This document shows positions 54,677 through 63,179 of a DNA stretch of 64,000 nt, in pieces. The notes beneath the pieces were generated by a model. The model had not been told where the DNA came from. It did not search any database and saw only the letters and a list, made by a program, of their open reading frames with translations. Position numbers and translations under genes: made by a program. The stretch is from Thecamonas trahens ATCC 50062. Taxonomy: Eukaryota; Protista; Apusomonadida. The stretch's first letter is position 1. Each line of letters opens with the position of its first letter. Location of the stretch: positions 333,919-397,918 of the forward strand of contig NW_013657650.1 in assembly GCF_000142905.1 (NCBI RefSeq), in the 5' to 3' direction.

Positions 54677-56614
54677 ATGGGCAGGCGCAAGAAGGCACAA
54701 CGTGCTCGTAGAGAAGGAGGACGGGGTGTGGGTGGCGGTGGTGGAGGTGGAGGGGGACCACCGCTGCCTCCGCTCCATGCGGCGGCGGCAAGCAATGACG
54801 CCAATGCGCTGGCAACGCTGCTCATGACAGCAGGCGAGATCGACGAGAGGACACCACTAAGAAATGCGACACCACTGATGCATGCTTGCTTCCATGGCAA
54901 GTACCTGGCTGCCAGACTGCTGCTTGAAGCTGGCGCATCTGTCAATGCTGCCGATTCCAAGCTCCGGACTCCGCTCCATCACGCGTGCTACTCGCGATCC
55001 AAGCCGGTCATTGCCCTCGTTCTGGCATATGGCGGCGATCCTCGTGCCGAGGACGCCCGCAATCTCAAGCCGCAGGCTGTGTTCAAGGATGGAAAAGAGA
55101 ACGACCTACTTGCCTGGTATCGCTGCAGGCTGAATCCGTCGCTGACGCCTGTCTCCAAGTCCGAGGCCAAGCTGCTGCGCGCGGTCGAGGCCGGCAACCA
55201 GGCCAAGGTGCTGGACAAGCTGGACAAGGGCCGATCGCCGGACGTGGCAGCGCCTGATGGGACGTTTGCACTGGCAATTGCGGTCCGTGCCGGCTCGACC
55301 GACCTCGTCGACCTGCTGCTGCTGCACGGGGCCGACGCGTCGCGGCCGGACGTGCGTGGCAACACGCCGCTGCACTGGGCGGCGATCGAAGGCCGCGTCG
55401 ACATCATGGCGTCGCTGCTGGACATGGGCGCGCTTCTCAATGTGCCGAACAGGGCGTCTGCTTTTGCGCCGCTGCACCTGGCGGCGTCCAAGGGCCACAT
55501 GGCGGCCGTCGACATGCTCATCGCCGCTGGCGCGCGGGCGCTGGTGGTGGACAAAGACGGACAGACGCCGCTGTTCTGGGCGGCGCGCCACGGGCACGCC
55601 GACATTGTGCGGATGCTCATTGATGCTGGGCGCGGAGCTGGCGGTGCCGGCGAGTCGATGCCCGACGTGTACGGCGTGTACCCGTTGCACGCCGCGACGC
55701 TCTCGGGCGAGGCTGAGAGCGTCAAGGTTCTGCTTGGGCACGGGCGGGCGGACGTCAACGTCGCAACCTCGTCGGGTCGGACGGCGCTCCACACTGCCGC
55801 CTACAACGGCGACGCCAATCTTGTCCAGCTGCTGCTTCTCAACGGAGCTCGGCCATCGCACAACCGGCGCGAGGGCGACACGGCGCTGCACATTGTGGTG
55901 AAGCGGATGTGCGATCCGGTCAACTCGGACAAGGCCTCACAGGCTGCGTTCGAGGCCACACTTTCGACCCTCATCGGCGGCACAACTAACCTCAACCCAC
56001 GCAACTCCAAGACTAAGACGCCGCTTGAGGTCATCGACCCGGTACGTGCGTTCAACGTCAAGTCGCCCGAGCGCAAGGCCGCGCTCATGCTCGCCGGCGC
56101 CGGCGCCGACGTCGGTGTCCTCCTCGCCGCGCCCTCGTCGGATGACAAGCGTGAGCTTCACGAGGTCCTCGCCACGCATGTGACGGCAACCAAGCTCGAG
56201 ATGCCCAAGGGCTGGCGGGCCAAGGTCACGTCGACCATCCGCAAGCGCAAGTACTTTGTCAACAAGGCCAAAGGCGAGACGACGTGGCACGATCCGCGAC
56301 TCGAGGCCGCCAAGGAGGCCCGCTCCACCGGGCGCGGCGGACTCGCCGGCCCGTCGGGCGGCGCCATGCTCCTTGACTCCATCACCTGCGCCCTCTGCCT
56401 CGAGCTCATGTACCGTCCGGTCACCACCACCTGCGGTCACTCGTTCTGTCACATCTGTCTCTCCGAAGTCTTCAAGTTCAAGCCCGAGTGTCCGCTCTGC
56501 CGCGCCGTCCTCGACGCCGAGCCGGCGGTCAACACTGTCCTCGCCGAGGTCATCTCCTCGTCGTTCCCGGAGCAGTACGAGGCGCGGCGGCTTGACGCCG
56601 AGGCAATGGCCTGA
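54677..56614 (+). CDS. Ankyrin repeat + WW + C3HC4 RING protein (putative E3 ligase)
   Basis: About 10 ANK repeats (TPLHHAC, GNTPLHWAA, GQTPLFWAA, GRTALHTAA); WW MPKGW....RKYFVNKAKGETTWHDP; RING CALCLELMYRPVTTTCGHSFCHICL....CPLCR. Confidence 0.93.
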   Translation: MGRRKKAQRARREGGRGVGGGGGGGGGPPLPPLHAAAASNDANALATLLMTAGEIDERTPLRNATPLMHACFHGKYLAARLLLEAGASVNAADSKLRTPLHHACYSRSKPVIALVLAYGGDPRAEDARNLKPQAVFKDGKENDLLAWYRCRLNPSLTPVSKSEAKLLRAVEAGNQAKVLDKLDKGRSPDVAAPDGTFALAIAVRAGSTDLVDLLLLHGADASRPDVRGNTPLHWAAIEGRVDIMASLLDMGALLNVPNRASAFAPLHLAASKGHMAAVDMLIAAGARALVVDKDGQTPLFWAARHGHADIVRMLIDAGRGAGGAGESMPDVYGVYPLHAATLSGEAESVKVLLGHGRADVNVATSSGRTALHTAAYNGDANLVQLLLLNGARPSHNRREGDTALHIVVKRMCDPVNSDKASQAAFEATLSTLIGGTTNLNPRNSKTKTPLEVIDPVRAFNVKSPERKAALMLAGAGADVGVLLAAPSSDDKRELHEVLATHVTATKLEMPKGWRAKVTSTIRKRKYFVNKAKGETTWHDPRLEAAKEARSTGRGGLAGPSGGAMLLDSITCALCLELMYRPVTTTCGHSFCHICLSEVFKFKPECPLCRAVLDAEPAVNTVLAEVISSSFPEQYEARRLDAEAMA

Positions 56615-56634
56615 GCGCGCCACCCGCCAGCACG

Positions 56635-57846
56635 TTAGTGCCGATCGCAGGTCATGTCGGCGAGCTTGAGCCCGCGCTCGTGAACGTACGCCGGCCAGCG
56701 CGCATTAAAGTCGCGCCAGGCGAGGCCAGCCGGCGGCGCCACCATCATGCGGGTGTCGACAGCGGCAAAGGCAGCGCGACGCGCCCGCGCCCTCGAGCCG
56801 GCTTTCTCGCGAGCCATGACGTCGAGCGCGTGCGCGTGGTTGGCGGCGTCGATGAAGTTGCCGGCAAGCGCCGTGGTCGGCGCGAGGTTGCGGACGGCGT
56901 GCGGCGAGCCAGCCGGCACAAACAGCCACTCACCTGGCACCAGCGTCGCGGTGAGAAGCTCAACATGACCTGCGAGCGGAAAGGCGGCGAGGTCGAGGTC
57001 AAACAGATCAAGGCCCGGCGCAAACGACTGCTTCAGCGCGTCGTAGTAGAGGTGCTCACGGGCGGCGGGCGGGGCGATGAGCCACTCCTTGGCACCGTCA
57101 AGGACGGTCATCCAGAACGCGGTGCCGTAGGCGTCGATGTGGACCGCGGTGGTTGCCCCGGCCGGGCCCATGAACAATGACGGCCAGCCGGGCTTGGGCG
57201 CGTCGGGCGGGAGCCGCCGGTAGTAGTCGTTGGCAAAGTACGGGAGAGCAGCAAAGTCGTCGACAAAGGCCTTGCACGCCTTGAGCGAGGCGTCAAAGAC
57301 AAACCACTCGTTGCCCGCACGCGATCGCGCAGCAGCAAAGCTTGCCAGAGATCGGCGGAGCGAGGTATCGGCCAGGCCGCCCCACAGCCCGCTGGCCTTG
57401 TCGTACTTGCGCAGCGGGACGTCGAGCTCCGGACACGCCGCCACAATCTCGTCGGTTGTCCACAAGCCCGAGCCGTCGGCACGCATGTTGTGCGCCACAT
57501 CGGTGACAATGACCGGCGTCTGGCTGCACGCATACTCGTGGAAGAACTCGGCAAACGTGAGGTTGGTCACCCGTGGTATGGCCCGCGGCCGAGGCGCCGC
57601 CCTCTCGCGATGCGGATGCAGGTCTTCCGGCTCAAGCTGTGCACGTTCCAGCATCGATCGCAGCTGCTGAACTTGCTCAGCATATCGCGCCGCCACATCG
57701 CCAGCTACATCGGCAGACCACTCGGCACAGCCAGCGAGCTCCGCCTCTAGCACCAGGAGCTCTGTCTCGTACGCGTTAGCCCTCCTCGCCGCCGAGTACG
57801 CCACCGCCAGCACCGCTACCAGCACCGCCACCCCGCCCCAGCCCAT
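56635..57846 (-). CDS. JmjC oxygenase (JMJD4/6/8-like) with N-terminal signal anchor and coiled coil
   Basis: MGWGGVAVLVAVLAVAY; FFHEYA..TPVIV; YFANDY; WPSLFMGPAGATTAVHIDAYGT; GAKEW; PGEWLFVPAGSPHAVRNL; GNFID. Confidence 0.92.
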   Translation of the reverse strand: MGWGGVAVLVAVLAVAYSAARRANAYETELLVLEAELAGCAEWSADVAGDVAARYAEQVQQLRSMLERAQLEPEDLHPHRERAAPRPRAIPRVTNLTFAEFFHEYACSQTPVIVTDVAHNMRADGSGLWTTDEIVAACPELDVPLRKYDKASGLWGGLADTSLRRSLASFAAARSRAGNEWFVFDASLKACKAFVDDFAALPYFANDYYRRLPPDAPKPGWPSLFMGPAGATTAVHIDAYGTAFWMTVLDGAKEWLIAPPAAREHLYYDALKQSFAPGLDLFDLDLAAFPLAGHVELLTATLVPGEWLFVPAGSPHAVRNLAPTTALAGNFIDAANHAHALDVMAREKAGSRARARRAAFAAVDTRMMVAPPAGLAWRDFNARWPAYVHERGLKLADMTCDRH

Positions 57847-58030
57847 ATCCGCACATATCGCGAGGTGTCCTCTCTGCTCCTTGCAGTGTACCGCGCTGGG
57901 CGACCACCCTGGGTTGTCATGTCGGCGAGTCGAATGTAGCCAGGTCGGAGCCTGAGCCCTCCCGCCTGCATCGGCCCTGGGCCACTCGCTCCATCCGTGC
58001 CTGCTGACGCTATCAGAGCCTCTAGCGCAC

Positions 58031-58142
58031 CCACATGCTGGATCGCAAGCTCCAGCGGACCCACGTGCTGGATCACAAGCTCCAGCGGACCTACATGCTG
58101 GACCGCAAGCTCCAGCGGGCCTACATGCTGGATCGCAAGCTA
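58031..58142. repeat. 30-nt minisatellite, ~3.7 copies, between divergent genes
   Basis: Unit c(c/t)ac(a/g)tgctgga(t/c)c(g/a)caagctccagcgg(a/g)c, contiguous with no spacers. Confidence 0.92.
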
Positions 58143-58374
58143 TACCTGTGCTCACACACAAGATCAATGGGCTACCATGTTCTGCAGCCCCAACCGAGTC
58201 CATCACAACAGCCATGCGGTGTGCATCCCTCCCTCCCTCCTCCCTCCCCTCCCCTCCTCCTCCTCCTAGGACGCGTGTGCCTTCCGAGTGAGCGGCAAGT
58301 CCCCGACAACAGACACTTGGCTTTCGCCTGCCCCCCCCCCCCCCCCTCCCACCCCGCCCCCACCACCAACCTCT

Positions 58375-61300
58375 ATGGACGACGAGTTGGTTGCGGCTGT
58401 GCTTGCACTCGCCCCCCCTACCACGTCATCTCTTCGTGCGTGGAAGGAGGGCTACCTTGTCCGTGGTGCCGACACTGTGGAGAATGCAACTGCGCTCGTG
58501 ACGGCCACCGTCACCGCTGCGCTCACCGACGCCGCTGGCAACAGTGAGCGGGTGGCGCAGGTCTTGGCCGTCTTGGCCCATACACTGGCGCACATTACCA
58601 CGTGCGAAACATTGATGACTCTCGGTGGCGGTCAACAGAGCTCTTCTGCTCTGCCCTGTCGCGCATGCAGGCTTCCACAGAGCATTGCGCTGCTGGTGGC
58701 ACCGCTGGTGGTGACGCTGTCGGAGACACATGCCAACTCGGCCGTGGCCGCGCTCGCCAATCGCATCGCCGACTCGTTCACAGCCTGCTCGTGCCCGCCG
58801 CCGTCGGGATCGGAGGCGGCGACGGCCGGCTCGGTGGTTGCGCGGAGCCGGGCTGCAGCAAGCGCGGCGGCCAACGAGCTCCGCCCGCGGCGCGGCGCGA
58901 TTGTCTCGCCGCTCTCGTCGCCGACATCAGCACGAGCGCGGGCACGGTCAAGCTCGGGCGCGTCGTCGAGCTCAACCGGCGGCTCGACGCGGCGGACCTC
59001 GCTCTCGCCGCTCGACCACATCGATCCGCACGCGCTGCACCACTCGGACCTGTTTGGCCCGCTGTTCCGGACCCGGATCCGCGAGTCGGGTGTAACGGTA
59101 CTCGAGCTGCGGCGCGCGGTCGGCTCGCTCCGGCGCGAGCAGCTGCTCGCGTCGGTGGCCGGTGTGGCGCGGGCGCGCGGCATGCTCGACGCTCTCGACG
59201 CCGCGGCCGACGGCCGCGACCCAGGTGCCGCGTCGCGGGCGGCGCGCAACGCCGCGGCCGAGGCCGACGCCCCGGGCATGATGTTCCACTACAAGTACTA
59301 CGCGGCGCAGGTCCCGCTCGCGGTTTCCGAGCCCGAGATCGAGGACGTAGTCAACGCCGTGGTGGCACCCAAGGACCTCGCCACGCGCAAGCTCGCGTCC
59401 AAGGTCCTCCTCAAAATCTTTATCGACATGTTTTGCGCTGCGTCGGAGCCCGCAGCGGCGGCTCTTGCGGTCCAAGGTGTGGTCTTTGAGCTGGTCACCA
59501 CCGCCGGGCCGCGCGGAAGTCTTGACGCCGACGCTGCGCTCCACGGCTTCAACCTGCTCCTCAACCTGGCGACCCATCTGGAGCTCTACGCCCAGTCGGC
59601 GGTCCTGCAGTTCTCAGCCGAGTCGACGGCGCTGGCGGCGCTCGACCTCGGTGACCTGCTCGGGGCCGCCGGCGCGTCGGCGCGGATTGCGGTCATGCAC
59701 GACGCCGTGTTTGAGGTCCTCGCCTCGGCGGCGCTCCTCGCGCTGCTCTCGGGCCACACGTCGGTCAAACTTTGGTCGGCAGTCCTCAACGCGCTCTTCC
59801 TCCTCGCCACCGACGCCGGCGCTGTGCTTCCGGCGCGCGTGGCAGCGCTCGACCCACGCGTGGTTGTCCACCTCCTCGTCCACATGCCGCACCTCTCGCC
59901 GGCAACGACGGGTGTTCTCGCGCGAATGCTCCTCTTTGCACTCTACCCGTCGGCGCCGACCGACGTGGAGACGACGGCCGAGCCATCGTGGCTCTATCTC
60001 GACACGCAGCGGCTTGGGCTCATTGCCGCACTCTTCACCCCGCACCTGGCCACGCCGCTCGGCCCGATTCTCGCTCTGTACGAGTCGTGTGACTCGCACG
60101 TGGCACTACGCATATACTTTCGGCTCATTTTTGACGTCTCGGCGCATGCGGTCGCTGCCGCCGGCACGCTCAAAGTCACCGGGCAGGCGCTCAGCGCCAT
60201 CTGGCACCTGCTTGCGGCATTTGAGGCGCCCCTGCTGTTCAAGTCGATGTTTGCGCACGTGGCGGCGCGGTTCCCGGAGCGGTTCCTCCGGCATGTCTTC
60301 TTTGAGCAGCTCTCCGGGACAGGCTCATCCAAGCATCTTTCGTCGTACGCCAAGACGCTGGATAAGACGCTCATTGTGGCGCTACTGTACAACATCGAGA
60401 AGCTGGCGTCGACGCATCTGATCGTCTCGTCGCGGCTGACGCCGCTGTCGTCGGCAACCGCGTCGCCCATGCTCGTCTCGCTCTTTGCCTCGCCGCTGGT
60501 TGCCGACTCGGCCAACGCCGTGGCCCTCCTGGTCTCGATGCTCTCGTCGGGCGCCGAGCGTGAGTCGCTGCTCGGCCTCCCGCTGCTGCTGCGGTTGATG
60601 CGGTCGGGCTCGTCGACGCTCCTCCGCCACGCGCTCACGGTTGTCTCGCGGGTCCTCGCCACCAAGCGCGCCGCAGTGAGCCGCGGTGAGGCGAGCGGGA
60701 GCGGGGGCAGCAGCGACGGCAGCGCGTCGGGCGAGCACTCGGCCTCGCTGCTGGCGTACTTTGACTGGCTCAATACGGCGTACGTCCACTTTGCGGACAC
60801 GGTCGCCATCTCGCCGGTCCCGTTCCACCCGTCGCTTGCGTTTGACGCGCCAGGCGGGGGCGACGCGCCGGGCGGGGGTGGCGGTGGTGGCGTCGGCGGC
60901 GACAGCAAGGCGCGTGTCCTCGTCCTCTCACACTCGGTCCAGCAGCACGTTGTCCGTTCGCTCGTCGGTATCCTCCTCGACCAGCTCGCGGTGCCGTGCT
61001 CGGCCGAATGGGGCGCGTCGGCGTCGGCGGTGGACGCGTTTGTCTCGGGCGCTTCGCTTGTCCCGCGCGACCTGGTCAAGCTCCTCGATCCAGACTTTCT
61101 TGTGGCGCTCTTCAGGGTTGCCGACCCACGGGCTGCCGCCGCGCACCGGGCCGTCCTCCTCATGTTCCTCATCGCCAAGTCGTCGCAGAGCCAGACGCTC
61201 AAGGCCATCGGTGGACTCGGGTTCTTTACCCACCTTCTCGACGACCCGGACGAGCACATCGCGTACCTCGCGGCGTCACACCTCGCAGACCAGCTCAAGG

Positions 61301-61452
61301 CCGAGAAGCCGGCACAGTACGAGGCGCTCACCCAGCGTGTTGCTGCCCGCTTCCCGCAGCTTGCCAGCCTCGCCCATCATCCGTGGGTCCAGATGGTCGG
61401 CATCCTCCGCATGCGTGCCGAAAAGTCGCGACAGCAGGGGCCCCGGTCATGA
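58375..61452 (+). CDS. Helical-repeat protein resembling the plant CLoG1 (Conditional Loss of Growth 1) family
   Basis: Blocks MMFHYKYYAAQVPL, ASKVLLKIFIDMF, FNLLLNLATH, LWSAVLNALF..D.G, LDPRVV, LLDDPDEHIAYLAA..L...KAEKPAQY, HPWVQMVGIL match my recollection of that family; needs a search to confirm. Confidence 0.75.
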   Translation: MDDELVAAVLALAPPTTSSLRAWKEGYLVRGADTVENATALVTATVTAALTDAAGNSERVAQVLAVLAHTLAHITTCETLMTLGGGQQSSSALPCRACRLPQSIALLVAPLVVTLSETHANSAVAALANRIADSFTACSCPPPSGSEAATAGSVVARSRAAASAAANELRPRRGAIVSPLSSPTSARARARSSSGASSSSTGGSTRRTSLSPLDHIDPHALHHSDLFGPLFRTRIRESGVTVLELRRAVGSLRREQLLASVAGVARARGMLDALDAAADGRDPGAASRAARNAAAEADAPGMMFHYKYYAAQVPLAVSEPEIEDVVNAVVAPKDLATRKLASKVLLKIFIDMFCAASEPAAAALAVQGVVFELVTTAGPRGSLDADAALHGFNLLLNLATHLELYAQSAVLQFSAESTALAALDLGDLLGAAGASARIAVMHDAVFEVLASAALLALLSGHTSVKLWSAVLNALFLLATDAGAVLPARVAALDPRVVVHLLVHMPHLSPATTGVLARMLLFALYPSAPTDVETTAEPSWLYLDTQRLGLIAALFTPHLATPLGPILALYESCDSHVALRIYFRLIFDVSAHAVAAAGTLKVTGQALSAIWHLLAAFEAPLLFKSMFAHVAARFPERFLRHVFFEQLSGTGSSKHLSSYAKTLDKTLIVALLYNIEKLASTHLIVSSRLTPLSSATASPMLVSLFASPLVADSANAVALLVSMLSSGAERESLLGLPLLLRLMRSGSSTLLRHALTVVSRVLATKRAAVSRGEASGSGGSSDGSASGEHSASLLAYFDWLNTAYVHFADTVAISPVPFHPSLAFDAPGGGDAPGGGGGGGVGGDSKARVLVLSHSVQQHVVRSLVGILLDQLAVPCSAEWGASASAVDAFVSGASLVPRDLVKLLDPDFLVALFRVADPRAAAAHRAVLLMFLIAKSSQSQTLKAIGGLGFFTHLLDDPDEHIAYLAASHLADQLKAEKPAQYEALTQRVAARFPQLASLAHHPWVQMVGILRMRAEKSRQQGPRS

Positions 61453-61667
61453 TCGTAACCCAACTACGAGCCATGAACAAGGACATCACAAACAACCAAC
61501 GGGTGAGATGCGATGAGATGAGGTGAGCCGGTGCCTGCGTGGCAGTCCCCCCGTCCGCTGCTCCCGGCTGCTGCCTCCTGCCTCTCCCCCCCCCCCCCCC
61601 CCCCAGCCTCGGCCTTGTCACCACCCCACTCCCCCCCCCCCACTCCGCCCCCCTCTAACCCCCTACT

Positions 61668-63179
61668 ATGGCCCTCCGCCACCGCCCACCGTTTCTTCCC
61701 GATGACAGCCACGTCCTCCGCGACGAGGAGGCCGGTCGGTGGCCGCAAGTGCCAGAGGAGGCTCAGGCCGGCGACTCGTCGGTCGAGGCCGAGGCCAAGT
61801 TGCACCACTCGCCGTGGTCGCTCTCGGCTCCACGGTCGGCATGGTGGTGGGCGGCAGCCAGCGGAGTGGTCCTGCTGGTGGTGATGGTGGCGGCTGCCGT
61901 CGTTCACCGGCAATCGTCGCCGCGCTTGTCATCGGGAGATCAACATGGCGATGAGGAGGACGCCCTTGGTAAGCTCGACGACGTGCGCGTCGATCGCATC
62001 CATCGCCTCGTCGCGCTCCATCGAGAGGATGTAGCACAAGATGGGCTCACTGGTGGCAGTAGCGCCGGCACTCGTAGTGGCAGTGGCGGTGGGAATGGGA
62101 TGGGCGCGGTATCGTTTGAAATCGGCATCGGACTGAATAACTACGTGCTAGCCCTGGTGCAGACCATTGGCGTCGCAAGGGCGATGGGCGTGGAGAGTGT
62201 TCTGCTGCCGCCTGTCCCGCAACGAGTCTCCATGTGTCCGTGGTGGGAGGACGATCCAGAGTGCAAAGCCGTGGCAGAGGTCATGTCGGTGAGCGAGTTT
62301 GTTCGGCTCGACAAGCTCCAGCAGGCAGTCGACGTCGCGACAGGCAGCGGTCTCCTCCATCTCGCAGCAGGAAGTCGTGAAGATGGTGTGCCTGGCGAAC
62401 GGCTAGAGTGGGCAGCGACAGAGACATGGTGGGGAGACGATGAGGTCGGCCGCGGCATTGCCCCCCACCTGGCCCTCGGCAGCTCGGCGGTAGCCAACCT
62501 CGGTCCATCCAACGGAACGAGCGGGACCCGCGGCTGCTGGGGCTGCTACCAGCCAAGCAGCGTTGCTGCCGAGACTCTGGCCTTGGGTGTTCTGAACGCA
62601 ATCGCGTTTCCGATGTGGCGTGGTCACACCCGCGACAACGTCTACGCACAGCTTGCCGGCCAATGGGTCATCGGGGTCCACCTCCGGATGGAGTCGGACT
62701 GGCCGACTACCATTGACGGGAGTGTGTGGCTGGAGAAGCGGATTGTGCCGCTCATTTACCAAGCTATGGCCACCACTGTCGACCTTGACCGGCCGGCTGG
62801 ATGTACGGTGTTTGTCGCGACCGGCCTTGAGCGTGACTCGGGGCCCATGCGCCAGCTTGCCGGTGCTGTCCGCGGCGCAGGCTGCTGGCTCCGCACCAAG
62901 GCCGGGCTCGTTGATGATTTGGAGTCGCTCTCACTCACAGAGAGAGCCGCAGTCGACATGAGCATTCTCACCAGCTCGGCCCACATGTTCATCGGCCACT
63001 GCGATTCGTCGCTCACCTTTCACGTCCTCCTCCGCCGCGCCCTCACCGGCATCGGCCAAACCGACGCGTGCTGGTCGTACGGTGGCTACAGCAGCTCATT
63101 CTCGGCTTCCTTTTTCGAGCGCTTCTACTTTACCGAGGCCCACCGCGAGGCGATTAACGGTGTCACAGACGACCGCTAG
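61668..63179 (+). CDS. Type II membrane GDP-fucose O-fucosyltransferase-like glycosyltransferase
   Basis: TM WWWAAASGVVLLVVMVAAAVV; GLNN, GVHLRMESDW, VFVATG, AAVDMSIL..AHMFIGHCDSSLT. Confidence 0.85.
   Translation: MALRHRPPFLPDDSHVLRDEEAGRWPQVPEEAQAGDSSVEAEAKLHHSPWSLSAPRSAWWWAAASGVVLLVVMVAAAVVHRQSSPRLSSGDQHGDEEDALGKLDDVRVDRIHRLVALHREDVAQDGLTGGSSAGTRSGSGGGNGMGAVSFEIGIGLNNYVLALVQTIGVARAMGVESVLLPPVPQRVSMCPWWEDDPECKAVAEVMSVSEFVRLDKLQQAVDVATGSGLLHLAAGSREDGVPGERLEWAATETWWGDDEVGRGIAPHLALGSSAVANLGPSNGTSGTRGCWGCYQPSSVAAETLALGVLNAIAFPMWRGHTRDNVYAQLAGQWVIGVHLRMESDWPTTIDGSVWLEKRIVPLIYQAMATTVDLDRPAGCTVFVATGLERDSGPMRQLAGAVRGAGCWLRTKAGLVDDLESLSLTERAAVDMSILTSSAHMFIGHCDSSLTFHVLLRRALTGIGQTDACWSYGGYSSSFSASFFERFYFTEAHREAINGVTDDR

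Noticed and set aside
54025-54737. Diverged duplicate of the ANK-WW-RING gene start before the gap
   Set aside because: Looks like a low-quality read tail following a poly-C tract, i.e. an assembly artefact rather than a paralogue.
58031-58142. CRISPR-like array
   Set aside because: Units are contiguous with no unique spacers, no cas genes are nearby, and the context is eukaryotic.
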